A DNA stretch of 64,000 nt from Monocercomonoides exilis PA203 (GCA_001643675.2 LSRY02000025.1:620001-684000), one strand, 5' to 3'. Counted from the stretch's first letter, positions 27,159 to 40,293 are shown. The notes: generated by a model from the sequence alone, not told the origin. Program-made: numbers and translations.

Positions 27159-29035
27159 ATAAACGACAAAAGATGATGAATATTGCCATGTTATGGGGGA
27201 AATATGTGTGTGTGTGTGTTTATGTTAGTCCAGGAAGAGAAATTTGTTCTTATAGAACCAAACCTTACAGATACAAATTATGACTCCGATGTTGAATTTT
27301 CTGTTTTAATTGAAATTATTCTGATGTTGTTTTATTTATAGATGTAGAAAGTTCCTTAAATCATTTCATTATTATTCTTCTTATTCTTTTTATATAATTT
27401 GTTATAAGGAATGCTGATTTTATGTTTTTATTTGAGTTTTTATTAATTTATTTTTTTTTTCTTTTTATTTTTCTTGTCGTTGTGCTTTTCTAGCTGCTTT
27501 AGCTGTTATAGCATTAACACAAGTTTTTAACTTGCAGTGAAACTTACACTTTTCTTTTCGCAAACACAACTTTTTTCATTTTTTTTTCATTTTTTTCAAT
27601 TAATTTTTTGTGTTTTTATAAAAATTCATGTGCTTGCCATTATTCTTTGATTGTTATTCTTATTTGTTATTCTAATGTCACAAACTTTAGTTTATTAATT
27701 AATTTGTTTGTCTGTTTGTCTGTTTCTGTTAATGCTTGACCGCATTTGATCACCAAAGCGCATAATTTTTGTAACGTTTATTTAATCCTTATAAGAACTT
27801 CTGAAAACATTGTTATTGATTGCACTTGAGGTCAAACAGAGAAAAAAAAAGAAAGAAAAAGCAGTCCATATATTGTGAAAATCGAAGAAGGTTGTTTCTT
27901 TGATATAGTTTGATTTTATTTATTTCCTTTATAATTTTCTTTTTAATTTTCTTTTCTTTTCTTTTTTAACTTTAGAAAGTGTTTAATTAACTGAATTGAA
28001 CTGTCAGTTTATTTTGTTGTTATTCTAGTTGTTAATGTTAAAATTTTTTGCTGCCATTATTTTTTTTTAATTTTATTTTTAAGATTTTTATCAATCAGTC
28101 TTTTTTATAGAGGGATTTTTTAAAAAAAAACGAATGATTTCTTTTGTAGCAGCTTCGTTTCATAACAATATAACCTTCACATTTTCACAGTAGGTTTTTA
28201 TAAGTCTGATTCTTTTTTACTTAATTTTCCATTATTCCTTTTATGTTTGTTTGTTTGTTTGTTTTGGTTTCACTGCTCTTTCTGTTCGAATTATTCAATT
28301 GCATTTTTTTATTAATTTGAAATGATTTTCATAAATTGGGAAAAAAAAGCCAAACTTAATTTTTTTTTTCCCGCTGTCACTTAAGATTTTCATTTTGGTT
28401 CTAAGCTTTGGTATCATTTCATCATTTCATCTTCCTATCTCAGTTTTTCAATTCGCTGTCATTCGATCATTCTATGCATTTTGTATGGTTTATTTTCTAG
28501 CCTTTGCATTTGCATCATTTTTATTTTTGTTTCAAAACATTTGCTATCGTGTGTTTAAATATGTGTATTTCTGAAAAAGGATTTTTTTGAAAATCCTCGG
28601 AGAACGTACGGAAACAAAATCATCCACCTTTCCATTTAAGTATGCGAAACTTAGATTCTTCTTGTACAAAATGTTTGTCAAACAACAACGGAATTCATAT
28701 CAAATTATACCAAAAACAAACAAGCACAAGATCCACAGAAAAAAAATAGTTTTATTCATGAAGCGTTTTGAATACTTGAACGCCACTGGTTCTTCTAAAT
28801 TTTTTAGCAAACATCTTTTCATGTTTGAAAACATGAATGTTATGTTATTGATAAGATCTTAACCATTATTTTTTCGGCAACTTTCAATCTGTGAAATGAA
28901 ACAGATTTCCAAAAGGTCAAGAATGGTTAGCTTTGAAGATTGCAATTTTCTATTTATGATATAATAATGCGCACGAATTTGAAATGTTTTTCTTTTTATT
29001 TCCTTGATTCAAATGTGAAATATAATGTTCAAAAG

Positions 29036-30444
29036 ATTGCATTTACCACAAAATTTTCAAGTGTGTATATTTATTGTTTTTTTTTTCAAAAATAATTGTA
29101 TTTGCCACGTTGTTAAACGTAGGGTTGTGCTCTCAGCTGAAATATTCTCAACCCGCTGAGCAAAAACGAATAATTAATGAAATGTTTATTTTGATTGATG
29201 AAATGGACAATGAAACAATCTCTTCGTGCTTTAGCAATATGTACAACAAATTAGGAAAAATGATAGATGAAGGAAAATTATCTGTGAAAAATGCTGTTTT
29301 AATAATGAAACAGATTGGTCTTCGAAATGCATCCAACGAAGTTCGAAATGAATCTTTTGATTGCTCTTCTTTGTGTGAAATATTGGAGAAAGAAATTACA
29401 GACGAAGAGAAGAAAACGGTGAATAAAAATGAAATGCTATTGATTGATCTTTGTGAATGCTATTTTTTATTGCATAGTTTTTGCTACAAAAGACCTGGAA
29501 AGCTATTTATAATGATTTTTCATCACTTTCTGAAATTTGCGACAAAAAAAGACGAAAATGAAGAAGTGCAAAAAGAGGTGGAACTGGCTTTGCTAACTTT
29601 GGGAAAGATTGACTACCCTTCCGTATGCGTATTGTTCAATAGAATTGAAATTTACTTTTCTTTGTATTTTAAATCATAACAGAAAATTAATGATCATATG
29701 CAATTGAATGAAGTTGTTAAAATGATCGAATATCATCAACTGAATCGCAATCTCACTCCACTTGCTTATCTTTCAATATGGAAGTTTTTGGTTAATAGGT
29801 TGATTGCTGAAAAGAAATTTGATTTCATTGAAGCATATGACTTAGATTTCTTAAGAGAAGCAGCAGCAGAGTTGGAAGAGTTATCTAAGAGAGTGGATTG
29901 GACGAATGATGAAAACGAATTAAAAGATGCAAAAGAGCAACTGATCATTAGACGATGGTGTGATGTTGTTGAGAAGTTTTTCAAAAACTTCAGATTTGAT
30001 GGAGAAAGTTGCATTGATCTTGTTTCATGCTTTGTGCGCATGTGCAAAATATCTAAAGATTGCAACAGAACAGATAATAATTTGTTCGTGAGTGTATTAA
30101 TGGCAATTGTTGAAATTGAAAATGTGGATAGCATTGTTGGATTGTCAAAAGGAGGAGCTGTGGTATTTTTTCAAGATGAGCTCAATCAGCCGACATTGAT
30201 AGATACAAACTCTGCAATTTTTCTGTATTTTTTAAATCGGATTTGTTCAAATTTTTTAAGAGAAACAGAAATGAAAGACGAGAAAGCAAAACAAATGAAA
30301 ATAAAAATGGATATTGTTGAACAATTAGAAGAAAAAGGTTATGAAGACTTCATCGTTTCTTTTCTCATAGTGCTGAGTAACTTCTTTGATGTTTATGATT
30401 TTTATTTTTCAAAAAATATTTATGATTACTATATATATGTTTAG
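29036..30444 (+). CDS. Hypothetical helical protein family, copy 2. Introns 29061-29122 and 29623-29682; start exon not resolved
   Basis: KFS|RLCSQLK, LLIDLCECYFLL, QKEVELALL, HQLNRNLTPLAY, EEKGYEDFI; both introns at the same positions as in copies 1 and 3. Confidence 0.8.
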
Positions 30445-30686
30445 CCCAAAAAAGAAAAAATTTTATTTTTCTGTAATGTGATGTGTTTTTGTTAAAACCT
30501 TGTTATTGAATGTTATTTTTGTTTCATGGTTTCCAAACAATATTACATTTTTTATTTGTAATTTTTTATTTTTTAAAATTATTGTTGTAATTATATTTAT
30601 TATTTTGTAAAACGTTAAGACAGATCCTTATTTTTCTTTTCATTCAAGCGAAATTTGAAACTGTACAATTCATTATTATTTGCTTC

Positions 30687-30687
<1 letters not shown>

Positions 30688-30726
<39 letters not shown>
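30688..30726 (+). repeat. T39 homopolymer
   Basis: Read directly from the sequence. Confidence 0.9.
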
Positions 30727-31146
30727 CTAAGGTGATTATTTGTAAAGTTTTCATATGGTTCGAAGTTTTTTGATTTCTGAATTTTATTCCGTTCAATATT
30801 TTCTTAATTTTTCTCAATAATTTTTTTTTTTCGATATTTTTATTGATTAGAATGCAAGACTAATAATGATAAGATTGAAGGTTAAAAAAAGGAACAAATC
30901 TTTGGATTTTTTCATAAAACAAAAAATTTCGTCCCATATGTATTTCTTTGGTTTTTGAATTTTTTTTATAATTATTTTTCATATCGAATAAAAACAAATA
31001 ATTTACGTAATATAGTTTCTTTTGATTAAGGATAACAATGCACCACAATAAAAAACCTGAATTATCTTATTAATTACTGCTCATCATTCATTTCTAACAT
31101 TTATGTTTATGAGGAAATTTTTTTATTTAACTTTGTGAAAATATAT

Positions 31147-31386
31147 GGGTAATTCTTTTTGCAAAGACGCAAATGTTAAATTTTCATTGAAATCAAATGT
31201 TTCATATTTTGTTCAAGTATTAGTTTGTATACACAAATATTCACTTAAATGGAATCTGTTTTTGGATAATGCGATTTCAAACATTCTGAAGAAGATTTGT
31301 GAGTGGAAACAGAAATTCGATTAAAATATGAAACATTTGATTTCAAAGAAAATTTAACATTTGCAACTTTTCAAAAAGAATTACCC
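31147..31386. mobile_element. 240-bp MITE with about 65-bp TIRs, nested in the Merlin element
   Basis: GGGTAATTCTTTTTGCAAAG...CATATTTT (31147-31210) versus AAAATATG...AAAAAGAATTACCC (31323-31386); ATAT flanks both sides. Confidence 0.85.
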
Positions 31387-32129
31387 ATATTTTTAAATTT
31401 GGATGGATCTATTTTGATTTCGTTGATGTCTCACCTGTCAAATCGCAAATACAATATTAAGCAAAAAAAATAACTTAATAAATGGGGTAAAATACTATGT
31501 TTCAGGCATTTTCATTGAAAAATTATACACTTTTCATTCACTTTTTTGAATTAAATAAACACAATTTAAATGGGTTAATTTTATTTTATTCGTCAAACAT
31601 TGGAAAATCTTTTGTTTTGATTTCAACGATACCTGTTTGCAGGCAAGAAAATCTAATTTATTTTGAAACCTGATTGAGTTTTTTAATGATATTAGGGAAA
31701 CTATTTTTCAATGTCTTGTGCAAAAAAAGCTTGATAGCCCGTATTTTCTCTCAAATAAATAAAATAAAATTTAAGAAAAAGAAAAAATAAAAAATTCCAA
31801 GATTACAAAGCAACATGGAATTGGATAATGAGGTTAACACACTTTGCGGTGGACAGAAATTGCCCAAAGTGTAGATAAATTTTTTCAATTGAAAGCAAAG
31901 AAAGTTGCTGAAATTTCAGGTGTTTCAGATGAGGAAAATACTGCTCATTGTTGAAAATAATTCCTTTGAAAATTTTTTTGAAAATCTCTTTTTAGAAAAT
32001 TATTGTGCTATTTTTGTGATTTTTGATCAACATAGAAATATATCTGTGAAGCTTGCTGACTGATATTTCAACACAAACTGTTCTATGTTTTTATTCCATT
32101 GGAAGAGCATACATGGTTGATAACTGTTC

Positions 32130-32521
32130 AACATCTTTTGAAAAGCTTGGCCGATTAGGAAAAAGAATCGAAACAGATGTTGCAATTCCATGCAAAAGGA
32201 AGTTTTGAAAAGGAAGAAGAAAGAAACAGACTTGGTTATTTGGTATGTTAGAAAAAAAGCATAATGGAAAGAAAAAGAAATGTTTGATTGCTTGAGTGAA
32301 AAAATTGAAGAAAAGAAACATCAAAACCAATTATCGAAGGTCACACAATTCCAGGATCAACTATTTTCTCGGATGAATGGAAAGCATACAGCTCTTTATC
32401 ATCTTTAGGTTATGATCATCACACTGTTTTCCTCAAATACAGTTTTGTGGATCCAAAATGTGGCATTTTCACATATTTGATTGAAAGCACTTGGTCAAGT
32501 TTTCGTAAATCTCTTCCTTGA
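32130..32521 (+). pseudogene. Merlin/ISXO2-like DDE transposase core, interrupted
   Basis: Hand translation gives KLGRLGKRIETDV...KRKF*KGRRKKQTWLFGMLE...PGSTIFSDEWKAYSSLSSLGYDHHTV...FVDPKCGIFTYLIESTWSSFRK, matching the VEIDE / SDxWxAY / IESxW motifs of the family. In-frame stops present. Confidence 0.9.
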
Positions 32522-33249
32522 AATCAGATAAAAGAAAAATATGTTGATGACTTTCTGACACACAATGTTTGAAAAAGATCAAAAACACTTGATTTTGTTA
32601 ATTTCATTCAAAAATTGCCAGTGTATAAGTACTTATTTGTTGCAAAGGAAATGTATGAAACTGATAAAGATGAAAATTACCAATTTGAAAAAAGTGACGT
32701 ATCGGTTTTAAATGAAAATGATGAAGAAACAAAAGGAAAATCTGGTTTTTTTTGGAGCGAAAGATGGAGCAGATGCATTTGAGTCTGAAATGTGACAAAT
32801 TAATTTTATCATTATCATTTTGATCCTCAATAATAAACTTTCAAAGATAAATTCATTTTTGTTTTTCTTTAAAACCCGGAGTTGGTGAATACAGAAGTTG
32901 TTATAAAACAACACATTCAAGCATGAAGAATTCAAATAATATGGACTTCGGTTGTGGTGTATTGTGATCTTCTTCCAGTCATTGCTAACAATAGGCCTCT
33001 GCGACAGACCGACAAATTTTGAACGGTTCGACAAGTCGACCGACATGATTGCAGTTTTATTTTTTATAAATCTTATTATATTTTTTTCTATTTTTCTTTT
33101 TTTCTTTATCTTTTTTAAGAAAAGAACAAAATTAAAATTAAATGTGTTTTATAATGATTTATATATTAATATTTCTCACTTTGATTATTTTTTTTTTTAA
33201 CTTCCAAAAAAATTTTTTCCAAAATAAAATTTTAGAACACATTTTTTAT

Positions 33250-33320
33250 GGGCACTCGACAGATCTTTGTCGAGATCAGTCGTTGACAAAGATCAGTCGT
33301 TTGACAAAGATCAGTCGAGT
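33250..33320. repeat. Cluster of (TT)GACAAAGATCAGTCG motifs in both orientations; probable transposon end
   Basis: GGGCACTCGACAGATCTTTGTCGAGATCAGTCGTTGACAAAGATCAGTCGTTTGACAAAGATCAGTCGAG. Confidence 0.65.
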
Positions 33321-34699
33321 TTTTAAAAAGACTGTGACTGATGACTTTTTCTTGATTAATGACCAGTCTAACCAATTTTCAATCATGAGAGAACATAGAT
33401 ATTTTGTTTTCAAGGAATGAGTTTTTGATGTTTGTTTTTATTTCTCTATATTTTTTCAAAAGACAGAAATATTCTTGATTTCGTTCTTTTGCATTCACTA
33501 ACAAAGCTTTGAATAACGATTAATAACAAGAATGAGTTGTTTGAATGATTTTTAAATATTTCATCTGCCTTGATCCGTTTATATTTTTTTTTACAAATTC
33601 CAAAATTTTTAAAGGATAGTATCATTTGATAGAAAGAAAATATGTCGTGAGATGGTTCCGTGATTTAATGAAAGTTATCAAAATTTTTCATTCAAAAAAT
33701 GTCACATAGTTTTTATAGACTCAAAATCATGTGAAATAATTCTTTAGCAAAAAACTTTCTATTTTGTGAAAGAAAGAAAAAGAAAAACGGAAAAAGATAA
33801 AAATTCTTTTTTATTGAAGATGAAAATTCGTTGATGATGGTATTGAATTTTCCAAAATATGTGATGACTATTGCTGGGAGAGCATTTCAGGGTAGGTGAG
33901 ATTAACAGGAAACTATGACATTAACGCTGGCGCTGGTGGAGCTGTGTGCAGAGCGGGAGCGGTTTGTGGGGAAGCCGTTTGTGGATGAGATGATACAGAC
34001 TGACTGGACGATGATCATCACATTTATTGGGGTGAGGCTATTAGGGAGGAGAGGGAAGAAAAGGGAAGGAGGTAGGAATAAGTGTTTGGTATCGGATTGT
34101 GCGTTGTTTCATTTGAAGTCAGAAGGACAGAAAGAGACGATGGACGAGTTTGTTGCAATTGGGGCTGTTGTACGACAGGAAAGGGATAATTGAGGTGCTT
34201 TGCTTTCGCATTGTGTGCTTGCAGACGATTGGGAGTCTCTGGCGACGTTATTGGTATTCCTGTGATAATTATATTTTCCCTTTTAATGCATCGAGATGAC
34301 ATCTGGACGCTTCCTCTTTTCGTTCCGGCTGGCACTGCTGTCTTTCATGATTGCTCTCCCTCTTCTGCTTCTGTGCATTTTGCATCTGCTCAACCTCAGG
34401 CTTTTTCCAGTTGAGCACACATATCGGACTTTCATATCGAGGTGGAGGTTATTCATAGAAAGATCTCCTCATCCGGTTTCTGGTTCAGCTGGTGCCTATG
34501 CATATGTGTCTGCATTTTTACTACAAGAGTAAAGAATTGATTTGTTATGATTCTTTTTATTTGAAAAAACGTTTTTCAAAAGTATTCAAAAAACTTCATT
34601 AGTGAATGAAAGCAAAAACAACGAAACAATGTGAATTGTCCTTGCATTATTCACACTCTTTTTCTGCAATATTCCTCCTGAATAATTATCAGCTTTATT

Positions 34700-35900
34700 G
34701 TAAGTTCTGTTTCAACAAAATTTTTGCTTCCAGAAGATATGTTCAGTCTGTTTGTGGATATCTTTCTTGTTACAGAAATCACAAATATCCTTGAGCAACA
34801 AATATTCAGATGCAAAGAGTTATTCTCAATGGTTTTGTGACTTACTGAAAAGGCGCAAAATGAAACAAAAAAAAGAGACAAACCTGACACTTCAAATTCA
34901 ATTTGAACTGTTGTTTATTAATTTTAAAGCCTATGCGTTGTGTAAGTGTTCATATCACAATTCACATTTTTAGCTTCTTTGATAGTTTCTTTGAGTATTT
35001 CTATATTCTTCACAACATCTGCGATCGGTTGAGTGATGTAGTGGAGATATGCTTTATGGATGAAACTCATTAATTCCGCATGTATTTGTCCCCTTTTCAT
35101 TTTGTTGCGTTTGCACTGAGGAAGAAAACCTGACTCTTCCACTATCATTCCTTAGCCATTCGCTTTCATCAGGTGTAGTAGACCAACAAATTGCTGCTCT
35201 ATTCTTTGTCATTCTTGTTGCATAACATGTTTCATTTCATTGATTTTGGATTTCATTCAGAAGAATAACGTCATGGTCAGCTATCCAAGCAATATTATTA
35301 TGAAAAAACAATAAAAAGTTTGATTTCTATTCGATTTGTATTGCTATCCAAACTTATTCCTCCTGCCCCAAATTTTGAAAAGCTATTCATAAAACAGCAC
35401 AAAATGCTTCACTTCCTGAAATCGCATAATACAATATCGCTTTCCCCTCCAGCTGAACTTATTTCATTGATTCCACTGCAATTTTTGAACAAATAATCAA
35501 TGTGAAATACATCTGGTTTTGGACATGTGCAATTCTAAATACTTATTCCGCCTCCGTTTTTTCCTGACAAGCAATCTTTAAAAAGGCAGTTCAAAAAGAT
35601 AACTTGACAGAGAATTTTGAAATAACAAATGCCTCCTCCTCCGCTATTTCCTTCGAGCGCAGCACTGGAACAATTGCTGAATATGCTGTTGTTTGTAATA
35701 ATCTCTGATATACTCAAAGCAAATATTCCACAGCTTCTTGTGGAAGTTGCTTCAGATCTTGCGATTGATGAATTTTCAACAGAAATAATAACATCTGAAT
35801 TATCATGCACAAAAAGTGACCATCCTTGTGGAGATAAACAGTCTTCCCATTCACACAATGAAACGTTGGCTTTCTGTTGTGTCAGTTATTCTTTTCTTTA
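34700..35900 (-). pseudogene. Fragment of a Pmp/adhesin-like GGA[ILV]-repeat gene
   Basis: FSNCSSAALEGNSGGGGICY...FKDCLSGKNGGGISI in 35535-35858, with interrupted continuation downstream. Confidence 0.7.
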
Positions 35901-36507
35901 AAGACGACTCGTTATTCTTTTCTTCCAAAAAAGAAATAATTGAAATATAACAGCGTTGTCCAAAACACATTTAATTTGCATAAAAATATCAACTTGAATC
36001 AATATATTTGTTTTTCAATGTGGGTGTAAAAGAATAATGAAGATCTTTCACTGCTCTGCACATCAGAAAGAATGATAGTGAATGAATACGAAAATTCATC
36101 TGAGAAATCAATTTTTATATTGATCAAAACTGATAATTTAATATTTTATCAACAAATTCATTGATTTTTCGCATTTAATGTTTTATTATTTGATATGATG
36201 CGAAAAAACATTTAATCATGTCATTAACAAAAAATGTTTGTTTTTAATACGAAAAATGCAATTCCATTCAAAAATCAAGAAGTTTTTATTTTAAACTATT
36301 TTTCGACAAAAGATTTGCAGCTCGACCGACATATTACACAATCCGATTTTGTGTCGCAGAGGCTTAGCTAACAAGAAAGCAATATATTTGCTATTTTAAA
36401 TGAATCAACAATCTCAAAAGAAATAGGATGATGATCAATTATTACACATAATTAATTAATTGTTATTCACTTGATTATCATATTTTGTATTTTGATAAAT
36501 TATCGTA

Positions 36508-38073
36508 ATGGAATCCACTGATATACAAGTACGAAATAAATTATAATTTGTTTTTGCAAATAGAATAATTCAAATCAATATTTAATTCGAAATTTTTTGG
36601 ATCTGTTGAAAAAATGTTTATAATTTTTTATAAAAATAAATAAACTAAATTTGACAGCTCTCGAGATGCAACAAATTTTCAAGTTTGAATATCATTTAAA
36701 TTTTAAATTTCTAGTTATTGTTATTTTGTTGTAATTTGAAGAAATTATTCATGAACTCGAAAATAGTAATAATGAGCAGGAAAGGCACAAAATAGAGGAA
36801 TTAAATGAATTACTTGAAGAAATGAATAAGAAGGAAATGAGATCTGTTATTAAAAAAGAGTTGTACAATAGAATAGACGAAATGATCGAAGAGGAAAAAT
36901 TGTCACTTAAAAATGCCATTTTGCTGTTGAAATATTTTGCTTATTACTTGGGTTTTAGAATGATATGGTATACAAATTTTGATGATTCTTCTTTGTGCGA
37001 AAGGCTTGAAGAGATGATTATTGAAGAAGAAGAGAAAACTGGAAGAAAGGATGAGAAATTTCTTGCTGATCTTTGCTGCATTTGTTTGATATTGAAAGAT
37101 AATGTTTTTTCAAAAAAATTATTTGCAAATTGTGCACCTTGCATATTGAAAGTTGCTTTGAGTAAGGACAAAAGCAAAGAAGAGCAAAAAAATGTTGAGA
37201 TTGCGTTACTAGCTTTGATTATCACAGATCATAGAAACGTTTGAATTATGTAATATTTGTAAACATATATACATTTGTTTTTTTTTTTTTTCCTTTCTTT
37301 TTGAACAGGAAGTGAAAAAAGAACTGTTTCTATGTAATATGACAGAAATTATCAAAAATCATTGGGAAAACCACAACCTGACGCATCTTGCTTATCAACT
37401 GGCTTGGGAGTTATTAGAAAGAAGATTATTGTCCGAAGGAAAAAGGAATTTTGTTTACTTTAAAGAAACAGACTTTGCGATAGAAGCAACAAAAGAATTG
37501 AAAGAGCTGGAAAAATGTGTGGATTGGACAAAAAAGGAAAAAGAATTGGAAATCAATAAAGAAATGTGCGTTATTCGCAGATGGCTCGATTTTCTATTTC
37601 AAATATTTTTATTGAGCGTCAAGAGCACAAAGGAACGAGTGGAGTTACTCGAAAGCATTGTGACAGTGTGCAAAGGAGCTGCGGATAATTATCGGATGAT
37701 AAGCGATCGATGCGTATTGTTTTTGATTGCGGTATTATTGGAAAAAAGTGAAGGAGTGGATGACATGGCAAAGAGTGGAGCTTTTCATGTGGCTTTGAGG
37801 GAAATCTGCCGAGCAGATTATAGAAACAGCACAGTGGCGAGCTGCTTGATACTGTTCGGGATGCTTTTGAGAAGATTGAATGGATGTAAGTTGAAAGAAA
37901 ATGACACAGAAATTTCTGAGTCAAAAAGGAAGGAGATGAAAAGAGAGATATTCGAGATATTCGAAGAAGAGGGATACGAAGATTGCATTACAAGCTTTAG
38001 CAAAAAGTGGAATACTTTGGAGATGCATGTTAATTCTCCAAAAAATCTAACCGATTATTTTATTTGTATATAA
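36508..38073 (+). CDS. Hypothetical helical protein family, copy 3. Exons 36508-36528, 36658-36682, 36742-37238, 37309-38073
   Basis: MESTDIQ|LSRCNKFS|KIIHELE..., EKFLADLCC, QKNVEIALLAL, KKELFL...NLTHLAYQ, EEEGYEDCI; three GT-AG introns keep the frame. Confidence 0.85.
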
Positions 38074-38090
38074 CACAAAAAAGTTATTAT

Positions 38091-38361
<271 letters not shown>

Positions 38362-38600
38362 TCCCCACATTTTTCAATTTTCTTGTGCACAGTCATCTTT
38401 TCTATGCCTTTTGATAAACTAAATGAACATTAAAAATAAAAAAAAAATTAATTCTGAAAGAAACTTGTGAAGTGAGTCCAATCTTTTTCCCAACATTCTC
38501 TCAAATTCACAAAGAAAACTAACAACATCAACAACAATAACAAGAAGAAGAAGAAAAATACATTGAAGTGTATATCCCAGAAATGCGAAATGAAACCTGC

Positions 38601-40293
38601 TCACAACTTCCAGTGCTCGCATTCCTTTTCGCACATATCGTTTGCCAGCTTGCACTGCCCAACACATCCATCGTATCTTTGGAAGCAAAAACCAGTGCAA
38701 ATGACAATCGGAGGCGTATCAGTCGATTCGACTTGCGCTTGCGAAGAGAGTGTTGACTGCTGATGTGGAGATGAAGATGATGAATAAGAAGAAGGAGAAG
38801 AAGGAGAAGAGGAGGAGGAGGAGGAAGAAGGTGAAGTTGAAGAAGAATCTTGCTGGCTACCAGACTTTTTGAATGCTACAAATCCTCCAGCGTTTGTCAA
38901 CGACAAAGAAGAAAGTGAAGACGAGGCGTAAGACGATGAAAGAGGTTTGTATCCAGCTTCAGCGTTTTTGTAAATGATGTTATACAGCGACGGGTGCATG
39001 TTAGCTGTGACGTCGCTCATATTCACCAGCTCTGGCGGCTTTCCAGTCGCAAACAAAATCGTCTCAGGTGCCTTTTCTGCCTGCTCACCAGGCAATTTTG
39101 ACACCTTTCGGCCACGCTCCCCTTTTCGCTGTGTTGCTGAGGCTGAGGCTGAAGCAGCACCAGGGGCGCTTTTGGGTATTGTCGGCTGGGCAGCCAGCAG
39201 AATGCTCTGAACACACGACGAGATGCACTGCTCGCTCATCTGCGCTGTGCAGAAAAGAGAACATCCTGAGGAAATTGGCGGTGTTGGTCATTTTATATCA
39301 TTATTTTTTTTATTAAATTAAATGGATGAAAAATAAAATAAAATAAAAATATTAAACATTACAAATGAGGCAATTTTAAAGAAAATGAGAGAAAAATAAA
39401 GAAAGAAAGAAAGAAAAAACCTTCTAATTCTTTCTTGCAATCACCACGACAAGTCAGTTGTTCTCTCTTGGTATCCAACTCTTCTTCATTTGCAACTTGT
39501 TCTTTTGTACGTTTCGAGCCAGTTCCTTCACCGCCTCTTAGCGACTCTGCAAGCTCCTCCATTTTTTCCCATTCAGACGCTTCTTCGCTGCACTGTTGCA
39601 TTTGTAGCAAGCACATAAGTCTCCCTCTTCTTCCTCTAAGAACAGCACGAGTTCTGCAGTCGTCTTCTCCATCACCAACAGACGAATCTGAAACAGAAAA
39701 TCCACAAAGGCCAGTGATGTCAGCGTGAAGACTCTGCTCATTGTGCGAAAAACATCGTTTCAATTGTTCTTCGCATTCTTCTTTTGGAGAAAGTTTAGCG
39801 TTGGATGCCTTCAGTGGAAGAGAATTCTTTGTTACTGTGTGATTTGTTTGGACTTTTGATTCATGAGTTGCATATCTTGGAAGTTCTAGTGGAGGAGGCT
39901 CAGATGAAGTAAAAGAAGGTTTCACTTTTTGATTTATTAATTGTTTGTAATTGTGTCGTTTTTGATGTTCTGCATTGTTGATTGGACATGTCTCTGCACA
40001 ATGATCAAGGGATTTTTTAGCCTTTTTATTGCAGATATCTTCAGTGGTATCGCACATAGAAAAGCATTCACTAGATTTTTCTTTCTCACAAGCTTTTATG
40101 CACCGAACTTTCGCATCTGCGCATACAATCTTTTCTGCCTTTTCTTCCTCTGCGTCATATTCATAATGTTTATGAAAATCCAACAAATGTTTAAAAATTA
40201 AAAACCTTTACAAAGATGATTGCACAATTCTTCTTCAGAAGCAGCATAGAGCAATCTGACAATGCACATAACCAATAAAAACATAAAGTGCAT
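38601..40293 (-). CDS. Secreted cysteine-rich protein with repeated CxxxC motifs (about 486 aa). Exons 40293-40206, 40149-39421, 39244-38601
   Basis: Signal-peptide-like MHFMFLLVMCIVRLLYA; motifs CNHLC, CIKAC, CFSMC, CAETC, CRGDC, CISSC, CTGFC, CVGQC, CEKEC; two GT-AG introns give a 1461-nt frame. Confidence 0.8.

Larger units (their letters stand above)
31030..32970 (+). mobile_element. Decayed Merlin (IS1595/IS1016-like) DNA transposon
   Basis: Imperfect TIRs GGATAACAATGCACCACAA (31030-31048) and TTGTGGTGTATTGTGATCT (32952-32970), 16/19 match, enclosing a Merlin-type transposase remnant. No TSD recognisable. Confidence 0.75.
32994..36364. mobile_element. Putative non-autonomous TIR element or composite, TA-flanked
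   Basis: GGCCTCTGCGACA (32994-33006) and TGTCGCAGAGGCT (36352-36364) match 12/13, TA lies on both sides, and TCGACCGACAT occurs near each end (33036, 36322). Confidence 0.5.

Noticed and set aside
33250-33320. CRISPR-like appearance of short repeats
   Set aside because: Repeats are adjacent with no unique spacers, no cas genes are present, and the context is eukaryotic
33875-34530. GC-rich coding-like patch
   Set aside because: Only short ORFs with no recognisable motif, so no product can be assigned
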